NCBI GenBank assembly: GCA_002269645.1
Contig: NIVC01002045.1
Location: 124,001 to 188,000 of the forward strand
Length of the DNA: 64,000 nucleotides
Source of the DNA: Macrostomum lignano
Lineage: Eukaryota
Reading direction: 5' to 3'
Shown: positions 31,894 through 43,296 of the stretch, piece after piece
Layout: each line of letters begins with the position of its first letter
Position numbering within the stretch: position 1 is the first letter of the stretch
Program-made: the position numbers and the translations under genes
The notes under the pieces: generated by a model
Databases searched by the model: none
What the model was told of the DNA's origin: nothing
What the model saw: only the letters and a program-made list of their open reading frames with translations

Positions 31894-32633
31894 CCATAGT
31901 CAGGAAGGTGGCATGTGTACACCGGAATGAAATTTGGGCAGGGCTACCTATATACGCCAAATGTAACCATATGTATGCCAAATATACTATAATGCACACT
32001 GAATATACTGTAATGTACCCATGCATGCCAATTAGTTAATTGTTTATCAGCTTATTAAGGCACTGAATGGACACTGATTTTCTGCTTTTTATAGTATATA
32101 TATGTACATTTACCATACATGTACATGCATTATCATTTACACGATCTCAGTTATTGCTAGTCATGCAGTGATACATGTACATTTTAACTATACATTTTAT
32201 ACATGTACAACTCAATATGTAGTTTTCGCGTCGATAAAAAATTTTGCATTTAAAAATGGCAATGAGGGATTCTACTTATTTAGTGGCTGAAAATAAACAA
32301 ACTTCTACTAAAAATACATGTATTTTGTTTTGCATGAGCAGTAAATTGAAAGTAGAAAAGTGAGTATCACTTGTATTAAACTTTGTTTTTCTAAATTTCA
32401 ATTTCAGAAAATTTTGATTTCAATTTTGATTTGGAAAGTAGCAAATTTCAATTTTGATAGAAAATTTGCTTTTGGAACATCTTTATACATCATGCCACAT
32501 ATTTGCGGCGTACATGGCATATGTTAAATGTACGCCAACTGTTGCAAGGCAGACCAAATATATGTCAAATATCTTTGGCTATGCAGATGCATGTTGGAAT
32601 TTTCGACGAAAAAGGCCACCTTCCTGATTATGG
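31894..32633. mobile_element. MITE-like TIR element (hAT/P-type 8-bp TSD)
   Basis: 19-bp TIRs CCATA(G/A)TCAGGAAGGTGGC match 18/19 (31894-31912, 32615-32633). Flanks are CTTAACCT and CCTAACCT (7/8). Confidence 0.65.
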
Positions 32634-35600
32634 CCTAACCTAGTCTTAAATCTTTGCCTTTGCAACAATGCCTAAATAATTGTTGCTTTACCCTTTAAAA
32701 GAATATAAAAACACATTTCCGTGCTATTTTTATACTAAATTTATAAAATAAGGCCAAAAATAAAAAAATAGGAAAAACATATGCTTTTAGAAAATGGAAA
32801 ACCATTGCAAAATTAAAGGAATATAACAAAGGTTAGTAAACACAATAGAATATAAACATATTTGACCACAAAAAATAAAGAAAAAAATTAAGATAGATAA
32901 ATTTTTTCATATACCCCAATAAGAGGCCAGAAAAAATTGTTTTTAAGTTTTTGTCCTTTGAAAAACATAGATAGAACTTTTATATGATACTTTCCATTAG
33001 ACCTATACTAGCCACATTGTTTCTAATGTAAAAAATTACTTGTTCATTTACACAATGGTCAATATTGATTCAAAGTTGGAACAAATATATATGTAAATTT
33101 CTATTTAATAGAAATTTTGTGCAATTTCTTTTTCAAATATACATTGATATTTTTCTTCTGTTGTATTATCCAAAATGGCATATAATATAGGCCTAAACAA
33201 GAAAAAACAATGATCTCATTGCCAGCTCTTCTTACAATTCTAATAATGCTAATGGCACCAATGTCATTAGATAAATGGTAAGGTAACTATTACCACTGCT
33301 TTATAGGAGTGACTTGTCATCTTAAAAGTCAAAGTTGATTTTAATTTTACTTCAAGCTTCATTGCATTGAACATTTATATTTGCATGTAAGCATGCATAT
33401 ATGTGCTCTTTAGTCATGAATACACTAGCCATACAACTTACTTTTTGATCAAGAAACAACTTAACTATGAAAGAAGCATAGGTAAAGTTAATGTAATGTT
33501 CTTGTACGATTATGTAAATAGATTATGTAAATACGATTATGGGTAAATAGTAGGAATAACTGTAACTATCTGTATTATAATGGCTAAATGCCTTGTCAGC
33601 TAATTAGTACTTAGGCCTACTATGTCTGTGTACTCATGTAAAATCACTTTTTTTGTTGAATTGAATTTATCACAGCGACATATATAAATTTTATATAGTA
33701 CTTTAAAGTTAAAAGGTAAGTTACATTTCGAAACCACCATTAATGCATGACTATAATATAAAATTTTTAAAGCAGAGAGGAACACATAAAAAACGTTTTA
33801 AAACAAAGCCTTATGACTGTTATGAGCTTTCTAAAACAAACCCAGACGCTCAACTAAACGCACTAGACGCATCAGTTAAAAGGTATTGTGTCATTTATTA
33901 TTCTATAACAAAGCTTAAAATAGCTTTTGTTTTAATATCTATGTCTAAAGTAATTGCCGGTAAAGTTCAAAGATTTTGTTATGAAAGTTTTAGAACATTT
34001 TTGTTACCTCAGTTTAGTTTTGTGTCGGTCTAATGTGGCGATTCTGTCTTCCAAACTTTTAATGGGGAATGAACAAGATAAATCTTGTAGCCTTCTATGG
34101 CGTACAAAGAAAGGACCACTGTCTATATACAGTGGTCCTTGGTACAAAGTATGTAGCATGTGATTTGATTTTACATGTTTCACTGCTGATTTTGTGGTCT
34201 GTACAGACGAGACCGTTATTGTCCTAATCATCATAATCAACTGACTAAAGCGAGAAGAAATCTAAAAAAACATCTTGTCAAGAACCACGAAAAATTCGCG
34301 ATATAATACTGTAATTTTAAGCACACTAAAGTCTCAGCTCTCAGCTTCTTATACCGGTATAAGTTGTCTGAAAAAAGTAACATAATCGTACAAGAATCAG
34401 AGCTACAAGTGCCCAAGGACTACTCAAGTAACATATACTCAAGTTGTCCTTGCAATTTCCATGCATACTTCCATCGCTGCATCATGAGCTCGATACAGTG
34501 CTGCACTTGCATAACTTATTGGCTTACATGTATTTAGTCTACATTACATGTATATTATGCTTACTACTACTATTTGCATGTACAGTATAGAATAACAATA
34601 TTATTATACAGTAAGGTATACAGCGTATTACAGAATTCAGAAGTTGGGCAACAACTGGGGTTCATATGATGGCTCGCATTTTTTTACAAAAAGACGAACT
34701 ACATGTACTATATGCTACTAGACGTGCTTACAAACGCACGGCGAGTTTCCATAAACTTAATTAACGACATGATTAATATACATGTAAGTCACACATGCAT
34801 ATTTGTGTAAAAGCTGTGTAAAAACCGCGACACAGGTGTCGATGTCGGCGCCCTTTTGACACTGCTTTTAAAACCTGATAGGGAATTTTTTCTTTTGCAA
34901 GTTTTTTATAAATAGCAATCAAAGTACGCGTATTACATGTACATGTATAGCATGTGTAATCGAAGCCCCGCGCTTGCTTGTAAACAATCACGAAAACAAA
35001 TTAACAAACGAAATCTCTCTGCATACACATAAAAATTCCCAGAAGTTTTTGCTACCGTGAAATTTGTCTCGGCCAGCACGCAGCTGTTGATGGAACCTAT
35101 CTAGATTATGTCATTGATTTGTGCACACAGCATTGGATGACCACACATGGCTGATTCATGCATCCAGCCTGTCCTTTGCATGCATGGTGCGCTCCTACAT
35201 GTAGGTGGTCAAAAATGTCATCTGTTATGCGACTGTTCGCTCGCTTGACCGGTGGCCTCTGTGACTTTTTTATTCCTCGCCTTTGCATGTTTTTTTGAGG
35301 CTAATACTCTTGCGCGTCTGTTTTTCACAAATCAATAGCGGCAAGGAGAGGCAACACACGCAGCTTTGCACAGCGGGAGGGCTTGGACAATTCATCCAGT
35401 ATAGCCCAGCTACCGCACGCTGCCGCTGCCGTGTCGGCTCTTTCGTCGGGTGTAGCTCGTACTGTAAAGGATCGGATACATGCAGGGGAAGGTTTGACAT
35501 TAAGAAAAAAACCTGCAGGGCCCGGGTCCAAAACACAGCGTTTCAATCTTCCTTCACCCCGTTGGTGGCTGAAGCCGATTTCTGCCAACCACCCGCTGCT

Positions 35601-35744
35601 TTTACTGGCGGACCTACAGTAGCTCCCCCTCGCACCGAGGCTGTGCAGTATTTGTTGGCAAACAATTCATCCTGTGCCTGCAAATTCGGGCAAGTCGGGA
35701 CAATCAAAGTCACAAACTAACCAGTGTGTTGCAGCAGCGCCAGC

Positions 35745-38435
35745 ATGACGCCAGCACCGTCCACCAAGACCGAGCAGGACTTTGCCGACTGTGCATTCGG
35801 CGACTTCTGGCTGCGCAAGATGCGGACGCTCTACAAGCAGCTGGACGCTGTTGGCAACGGCTACCTGTGCCTCGACGACATGATCGAGCTGCCCACCTTG
35901 CTGCTGGACGCGTTCCCCAAGATGGCGACGGAGTCGGGAGACACGCTGGTCAAGTCAATGATTGACCTCTGGTACGGTTTTCTGTGCACCTCGGTTGACG
36001 AGGACGATCGCTGCCATCACCAGCTGCTGGAGAACGATCTCATCGAGAGCCTGAAACGGACCTTGAACACCGGTTTCAAGGAGCACCTGTACGAGGGCCT
36101 GGTGAAGCCGCTGTTTCAAGCAGCCGATTGCGACGCTGACGGCCTCATCAGCATGCTGGAGTACAAGACTATGATGCGAGCTTTCAAGGTGCCGGACCGG
36201 GACTCTGAGCTCATCTTCAAGCTGCAGGACACCGAGCACAAGGGCAAGATTGGCTTGGAAACTTTTCGGGCCATCTTGGCGAACTACTTCTACAGCGAAG
36301 ACGAAAAGACAGGTAGGAGGTTTGGCCTCACTCCGGTCATTAGCTCGGCCTCACTCTGGTCATTAGCTCGGCCTCACTCCGGTCATTAGCTCGGCCTCAC
36401 TCCGGTCATTAGCTTGTTGCACCTCACTCTGGTCATTAGCTTGGCCTCACTCCGGTCATTAGCTCGGCCTCACTCCGGTCATTAGCTTGTTGCACCTCAC
36501 TCTGGTCATTAGCTTGGCCTCACTCCGGTCATTAGCTTGTTGCACCTCACTCTGGTCATTAGCTCGGCCTCACTCCGGTCATTAGCTCGGCCTCACTCCG
36601 GTCATTAGCTTGTTGCACCTCACTCTGGTCATTAGCTCGGCCTCACTCCGGTCATTAGCTTGGCCTCACTCCGGTCATTAGCTTGTTGCACCTCACTCTG
36701 GTCATTAGCTTGGCCTCACTCTGGTCATTAGCTTGTTGCACCTCACTCTGGTCATTAGCTTGTTGCACCTCACTCTGGTCATTAGCTTGGCCTCACTCCG
36801 GTCATTAGCTTGGCCTCACTCCGGTCATTAGCTTGTTGCACCTCACTCTGGTCATTAGCTTGGCCTCACTCCGGTCATTAGCTCGGCCTCACTCTGGTCA
36901 TTAGCTTGTTGCACCTCACTCTCTGGTCATTAGCTCGGCCTCACTCTGGTCATTAGCTTGTTGCACCTCACTCTGGTCATTAGCTTGGCCTCACTCCGGT
37001 CATTAGCTCGGCCTCACTCTGGTCATTAGCTTGTTGCACCTCACTCCGGTCATTAGCTCGGCCTCACTCTGGTCATTAGCTTGTTGCACCTCACTCCGGT
37101 CATTAGCTCGGCCTCACTCTGGTCATTAGCTTGTTGCACCTCACTCTGGTCATTAGCTCGGCCTCACTCCGGTCATTAGCTCGGCCTCACTCCGGTCATT
37201 AGTTCGGCCTCACTCCGGTCATTAGCTTGGCCCCCAAACGAACGCCTCCCCAACCAAAGGCCTCCGTGTATTCGGGCCGCTCATCAACTACAAGCGACCG
37301 GAGGACTTCGGCGAGGTGGCGTGCGGCCCCTGCTGGGAGGGCAAAATGCGCTGCATGTTTCGCCGACTGGACATCACTAATGAAGGCAAAATCAGCTGCA
37401 AGGATTTCATCCAGATAGCCAGGACTTTGTCCGTGCGCAGCCACCTGGACAAGCAGCGGAGCAACGCCGTTATGAGAGCGATTTTATCGTTGTGGATCAA
37501 GTTTATTGCCGTGGACAAGGACGGTGAGACTTACGATAGTGCATGCTTACACCTGCAACAGGTGTGACTATCAGTGCATCCTCATGATGAACCAACGCAA
37601 CAGGTGTGACTACTATTAGTGCATTCTCATGGTCACCAATGCAACAGGTGTGACTATTAGTGCATTCTCATGGTCACCAATGCAACAAGTGTGACTATCA
37701 GTGCATTCTTATGGTCACCAATGCAACAGGTGTGACTATCAGTGCATTCTCATGGTCACCAATGCAACAGGTGTGACTATCAGTGCATTCTCATGCACTT
37801 CCTACGCCAAACCCGCCTCCGACAACGCCGCCCACAGGAAAGCACTTCGCCTCCATCACGGAGAAGGAGTTCATCAAGAACATGCGCACGCTCATCAATG
37901 GGAAATTCCGTCACGAGATCGACCAATTCGGCTGGACTTTCTTCAAGGCCGTGGAAACTTCCGGTGACGGCTACATTCAGCTGCAGGAGTACCGCAACAT
38001 CCAGGAGGCCTGGGGCGTCACCAGGGAGGAGGCCGACGGGTTCTTCAAGGTGCTCGACTTGGACAAGGTGCGCTAGGGATATTGGGGAGATGGTATTTTG
38101 GTATGAAGGCTTGCAGAAAGTAGATAGAGTGGATATTTGGTAGAGCGGATATTGGGTAGAGTGGATATTTGGTAGAGTGGATATTGGGTAGAGGGGATAT
38201 CAAGTTAATGGGCATCGGAAGGAAGGCATCTTGAGCAAATGATGCATTAATGGAGATTAAGCCTGTAGGATTTGCGGAAGAGAACTGTGGAACCCCGCCT
38301 GCTCACTCCCAGGACAACCGCATCTCGTCAGACGAGTACCTGACGGCCTGGTGCGACTACTTCCTTGGCGAGGACCCGCACAGCAAGTACAAGGCCCTGT
38401 TCGGCCCCGTCATCGCCAAGCCGGCGGCGCCTTGA
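35745..38435 (+). CDS. Tandem two-domain sarcoplasmic calcium-binding protein/calexcitin-like EF-hand protein (exons 35745-36312, 37260-37523, 37838-38067, 38313-38435)
   Basis: Two SCP modules: FWLRKMRTLYKQLDAVGNGYL...DCDADGLIS...YFYSED and CWEGKMRCMFRRLDITNEGKIS...DKDNRISSDEY...YFLGEDPHSKYKALFGP. Phases consistent. Confidence 0.88.
36325..37230. repeat. 23/27-bp two-variant minisatellite (CCTCACTC(C/T)GGTCATTAGCT...) filling SCP intron 1
   Basis: Starts about 12 bp after the donor and ends about 30 bp before the acceptor. Confidence 0.97.
37555..37795. repeat. 41-bp tandem repeat CAACAGGTGTGACTATCAGTGCATTCTCATGGTCACCAATG, SCP intron 2
   Basis: About 5-6 copies. Confidence 0.92.
38090..38200. 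repeat. Short ~16-bp GGATATTTGGTAGAGT repeat, SCP intron 3
   Basis: About 5 imperfect copies. Confidence 0.75.
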
Positions 38436-38594
38436 CGCGAAACTGAAAGGGTTTTTGAGATAACAACAGCTCGTCAGTTTGATAGCCTCCAAACAAAATA
38501 TGCCGCGATAAAAGTACACTCGCTACTTTCTTTATCCTGCCTTTCCTGCCTCTGATTTATTCAATTACTCCTAGCTTTACTCTCGAACTATTTG

Positions 38595-38960
38595 CAGGTA
38601 GATACCCGTTGCTATGCAGGTGGGTATCCGTTGCTATGCTAGTGGATACCTGTTGCTATGCCAGCTGTGTACCCGTTGCTATGCCAGCTGTGTAGCCGTT
38701 GCTATGCTAGTGGATACCTGTTGCTATGCCAGCTGTGTACCCGTTGCTATGCCAGCTGTGTAGCCGTTGCTATGCAGGTGGGTATCCGTTGCTATGCTAG
38801 TGGATACCTGTTGCTATGCCAGCTGTGTACCCGTTGCCATGCCAGCTGTGTAGCCGTTGCTATGCTGTCGGATACCAGTTGCTGCTGTCGGATACCCGCT
38901 GCTATGCTGTCGGATACCCGTTGCTATGCAGGTAGATTCCCGTTGCTATGCCGGGTAGAT
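38595..38960. repeat. Mixed ~23-bp repeat with core (CC)GTTGCTATGC downstream of the SCP gene
   Basis: About 15 copies of the core. Confidence 0.9.
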
Positions 38961-39499
38961 ACCCTACAACCTTCAAAGCAGGTATATTAAAGTAGTGCCT
39001 GTCGAGCTTCCCAGCTTCACGTGAGGAAATCCATAAAAGATTCCCTGCTCCCAACGCAATGATTCAATAAATAATTCAGCTTTTTCCAAATGCATATTCC
39101 AATTTTCAACCATCCCCTGCTATTTTACATGTACATAGTAATTTAAGCTGCCAATTGACGTAATTTATCCCCTAGAGCAACGCATTCAACACCTTACTTT
39201 AAGTAGCATATAATATTTCACCATGCGATAATCGGACTTAAAATATATGATTGCTTTCTTAAAAGCCAATTCGTTAGAAATTATTTAAAGAATCTTAGTA
39301 GCTATCATAATTTATGGCAGTAAATCCTGCAGTATTGTCGCAGGTGTTGATTGACTTTGTGAGTTGTTTCGCGTACGTACGGCCAGCTGCAATGCAAATC
39401 TATCGCTGCTTGACAGATGAGACCTTCGCCCAGCTGAATTGACTGCTGAGTTGCAGCAAATGTCAATCATTTTAGAATTGGCATCCCGGTGTCCCCATC

Positions 39500-39925
39500 T
39501 ACTGGCGCCCCTCTCCGCAATTTGGCGTCCCTCTATTTAGCGTGGCGTCCCTCTTCTCAATGTGGCGCCTAGCTCTTTCCTTGACGTGGCGCCCCTCTCC
39601 TTGATGTGACTCCCCTCTCTTCAATGTGGCGCCCCTTTCCTTGACGTGGCGACCATCTCCTTGACGTGGCGCCCCTCTCCTTGACGTGGCGCCCCTCTCT
39701 TCAATGTGGCGCCCCTTTCCTTGACGTGGCGCCCCTCTCTTCAATGTGGCGCCCCTTTCCTTGACGTGGCGACCCTCTCCTTGACGTGGCGCCCCTCTTT
39801 TTAATGTGGAGCCCCTTTCCTTGACGTGGCGCCCCTCTATTTAATAAGACAACCCACTCTTTAATGTGGCGCCCCTCTGGCACCCCTATTCTCAGCGTGG
39901 CGCCCCTATCTTTAATATGGCGCTT
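39500..39925. repeat. 20-bp minisatellite TTGACGTGGCGCCCCTCTCC
   Basis: About 20 imperfect copies. A remnant (TTAGCGTGGCGCCC) resumes after the solo LTR at ~40745. Confidence 0.92.
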
Positions 39926-39930
39926 CTTTC

Positions 39931-40739
39931 TGTAGTGACTTGGCTGCTAACTGGCTATTCAGCAGCATTTACTAGCTATCTCTACGGGCTCTGTGATCCG
40001 CTGCACAGCAGCTCAGTCCCCTGTGCTGGGCCTAAGTGTTTACTACCCGATGACTCATCACCTGCCCTCGCGCGCGCGGAGTGTAATGGCTGCCTAGAGG
40101 GAGTAAACAGGATGACTCATCCGCCCAAGTTATATTTTTAGCACAGAATAAGCACGTGACTGTGCACGCATGCTATGCGTGGCCTCTGACCTTAAATTAC
40201 GCCACTGCTGCGTGACAGGGTTACCTTATTTGGAAGTTGGCCTTGGATCACGCATCGCTCGCATGATTCTAAGGACCAAATAAGGGAGTTTCACGCGCTC
40301 ACCGCATGAAACTCACGTGACTTTTGGGGGTCCGCTCGGCTATAAATACAGAGCATCTGGGAGCCGTTTTTTCCCCAGAGCGTCTCGTCGCGGAGCAGGA
40401 GCTGCCTCTCTGCCTCCGAGCTCTCCTCTCTCATTTCAGGATTTTCAGGTTTTCAGGTTCGAGCAGCAATTTTAGGAACGATCAACTGTCGAGACATTTT
40501 TCAGATTTGCCTTGCTCCGAGCGACTTCGTTATTTTATTTCAGGTGACGGATAGACAACTCTGTCGACGCGTCGAGTCTGCACACCAAGGTGGCAGCAAC
40601 CCTACCAAGTCTAAGGCTAACGTTTTAGGTTCTTTTTCAGGCAAATCGATAGGTAGTACAACAGTACTATCTAGCTACTTCCGGAGCAGCGAGTTCTATT
40701 TCTAGGAACCTCTTCAAGAACTCGGGAAGGAGCGTAACA
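39931..40739 (+). mobile_element. Solo LTR, 809 bp
   Basis: TGT...ACA termini flanked by an exact 4-bp TSD TTTC (39927-39930 and 40740-40743). Internal TATAAATA at 40341. It interrupts the 20-bp repeat. Orientation is inferred from the TATA box only. Confidence 0.7.
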
Positions 40740-41738
40740 TTTCCTTAGCGTGGCGCCCATGTTTCAAGTTGGACGCGAATCTAGCAGCGCCTCAGATAAT
40801 AAAACTCAAAATATGAGCAGCTCAGAAAGTGAAAGTGCATTATTGCATGTAGCTCGCACTGTTGAAGAAAAAAGGAATCCATTTAACATTTTTTCTCCAT
40901 GGAAATATGACTAATTTTCCTAGTAAGCAAAAAAAGATTCCTGGAGCATATGGTATGCTGGCTGTTGAGACCGAGCCCGCCCAGGGGCATTCAATGTTGA
41001 GCGGCTCCCAGATCCCGGCTGAGCCACAGCCAGTCATAAGCTGCTTCAGACAGACCCCGACAGGAGATCGCAGAGACAGAAAGACAGAGAACTCAGACTT
41101 TCCTCACAATTTTTACTCAGTTCCGAAAGCCAGAAAAATCTAAGCGAGCCAAGCAGCTCAGCCCAGCGCAGAGATAAAGTCGGGTGCAGGGGGGGGGAGT
41201 CCTCTCTTGGGGCTTAGCGAGCCCAGTCGGAGGTGCCTGCAATGCAAAGGTAAATCCGCAGCTTGGTGGGTGGGAGAGAGCTGAGCAGGCAAGGGTAAGC
41301 GGGCAGCAGCTACTCAGTACTCGCTCACCTATAAGCCGATTCTGAGAGCTTGTCTCTGCTGAGCCCGCCAGCTTGTGCCTCTCCCTTCCCTCGTTGCGGC
41401 ACTGCGCTGTACATTGCGCACCCGCGCGGGACTGCCGCTTTGCCGGCCCAAGAAAATAAAGGAAGAAAGGCCTTTGGGACACGCAGTCAGCAAGCCAAAG
41501 CCTTCCGTGTGTCTGTGTGGGACTCTCGGCAGCTCGCTCGGGGCAGAGGCGTCACCCCTGCTTCCCCAACCGCCCCCTCGGCTGCTTCTACGCGCGCAGA
41601 AATTGCCAAGCTGAGCCCCCAAAACTGCTCAGCTCAGCCTTGGAATAACAGATAATTTTATATACTGAAATCCTCCCATTCTCTGACGCCTCTCCCAATT
41701 CCGATTTCGTAAGCTCAAGGCAGCAGCGACGCGCAAAG

Positions 41739-42800
41739 ATGAAGCGCAGGCCGAACTTCAGCCCCGCCGAGATGGAGGCGCTGATCGACGGCGTGGCGGC
41801 CAGCCGGGCGGTGGTGGCCGGCGCCAGCTCCGGCCGGGTGTCCAAGGCCAGCAAGGAGCGGGCCTGGCTGGCCATCACCGGCGGGGTGAACGCCGTTAGC
41901 CAGCTGCACCGCACCGTCGGCGAGGTCAGGAAGAAGTGGAAGAATCTCCGCATGGTGACGAAGGCCAAGAAGGAAGCGCTGCTGTCCGAGCTGGTCCAGG
42001 CGTGCCGCAGCCCCGATGGCCACGGTGGCGGCGCGGTGGACGCGGCAGCCGCCGCGCTGAAGCAGCTGAGCCCGACAGAGTGCCGCGTCATGGAGATCCT
42101 GGAGGGCGGAGCCGCCACCGCCGCTGTCGACGCCGCCATAGACGATCTGGATGACGGCCACCAGCTCGGCGACGACGGCAACTGGTCGACAGACGGCGAC
42201 GCCGCCGACGCCGAGCAGGAGCGGCCGCTGCCGATCGACAGGTCGGAGATCATCCTCACCCGCCGCCTGCCACGCCCGGCCTCACCGCTGCCGCTGCCTC
42301 CGGCACCGCCGACGCTGACTCTGATGCCGGCCGCGGCCCAGGCAGCGGTGGCGGCAGCTCCGCCCGCCCTGTTGAAGCCGTCGATCCTGACGTTCGTCGA
42401 GTCGCTTCAGCGACGCCTGCTGGCAGACGCCGAGGCTGCAGCGGCGACCGCGGCAAGCCCGACCGCGCCTCCGTCACCAACGGCCAAAAGCCGCGACCGG
42501 CACTGCAGCCGGCCCTGCCAGCGCTGCCGCTGCTGCCACTGCCGCCCCTCCCCGTCGGCAGGCAGCGGCGAGCAGCACCCGGCCGAGTCCATCGAGCGCC
42601 GCCTGCTGCGAGTCGAAGAGCGCCGGCTGCGGCTCGAGCGCGAGAAGCTGGCCGCCCTGCGCAGCATAGGCGCCAGTCTGCGCCACATCGCCGGCGCCCT
42701 GACGATCGGCAACGGAGCGCCGGCTGCGCTTAGCGACGCCTGCCAGGTTGTTAAGGACGCCGATGAGGAGAGTCAAGAAGCTTCTCAGCAGGATTACTAG
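41739..42800 (+). CDS. Intronless Myb/SANT-like DNA-binding protein (Myb_DNA-bind_5; MSANTD4/NAIF1-like) with C-terminal coiled coil
   Basis: KRRPNFSPAEMEALIDGV...KERAWLAITGGVNAVS..RTVGEVRKKWKNLR and C-terminal IERRLLRVEERRLRLEREKL. Confidence 0.88.
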   Translation: MKRRPNFSPAEMEALIDGVAASRAVVAGASSGRVSKASKERAWLAITGGVNAVSQLHRTVGEVRKKWKNLRMVTKAKKEALLSELVQACRSPDGHGGGAVDAAAAALKQLSPTECRVMEILEGGAATAAVDAAIDDLDDGHQLGDDGNWSTDGDAADAEQERPLPIDRSEIILTRRLPRPASPLPLPPAPPTLTLMPAAAQAAVAAAPPALLKPSILTFVESLQRRLLADAEAAAATAASPTAPPSPTAKSRDRHCSRPCQRCRCCHCRPSPSAGSGEQHPAESIERRLLRVEERRLRLEREKLAALRSIGASLRHIAGALTIGNGAPAALSDACQVVKDADEESQEASQQDY

Positions 42801-42935
42801 AGACTGTTGTGACCAGATACTCAACTTTGAGTTCCCTTTTATTGATGGTGGCTGAGCATTTCTCAACTCAGAACTTTGAGCCACAGGCAGTGGCAGCCTC
42901 TGCTGCTTCCGATGCCTAAGCTTCTCCTTGTGCCA

Positions 42936-43296
42936 GACTGACTGACTGACTGACTGACTGACTGACTGACTGACTGACTGACTGACTGACTGACTGACTG
43001 ACTGACTGACTGACTGACTGACTGACTGACTGACTGACTGACTGACTGACTGACTGACTGACTGACTGACTGACTGACTGACTGACTGACTGACTGACTG
43101 ACTGACTGACTGACTGACTGACTGACTGACTGACTGACTGACTGACTGACTGACTGACTGACTGACTGACTGACTGACTGACTGACTGACTGACTGACTG
43201 ACTGACTGACTGACTGACTGACTGACTGACTGACTGACTGACTGACTGACTGACTGACTGACTGACTGACTGACTGACTGACTGACTGACTGACTG
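42936..43296. repeat. (GACT)n microsatellite, ~90 uninterrupted units
   Basis: Pure GACT run. Confidence 0.99.

Noticed and set aside
31808-32026. Minus-strand ORF with a TM-like stretch (MHGYITVYSVCIIVYLAY...) and a possible final mini-exon near 31560
   Set aside because: It straddles the MITE TIR/TSD boundary and I found no compatible upstream exon.
34348-34363. 16-bp perfect palindrome CTTATACCGGTATAAG
   Set aside because: It is isolated, has no supporting context, and could occur by chance.
40745-40760. TGGCGCCC after the solo LTR as a tRNA-Lys PBS
   Set aside because: It matches the interrupted 20-bp repeat, lies outside the TSD, and is followed by no gag/pol.
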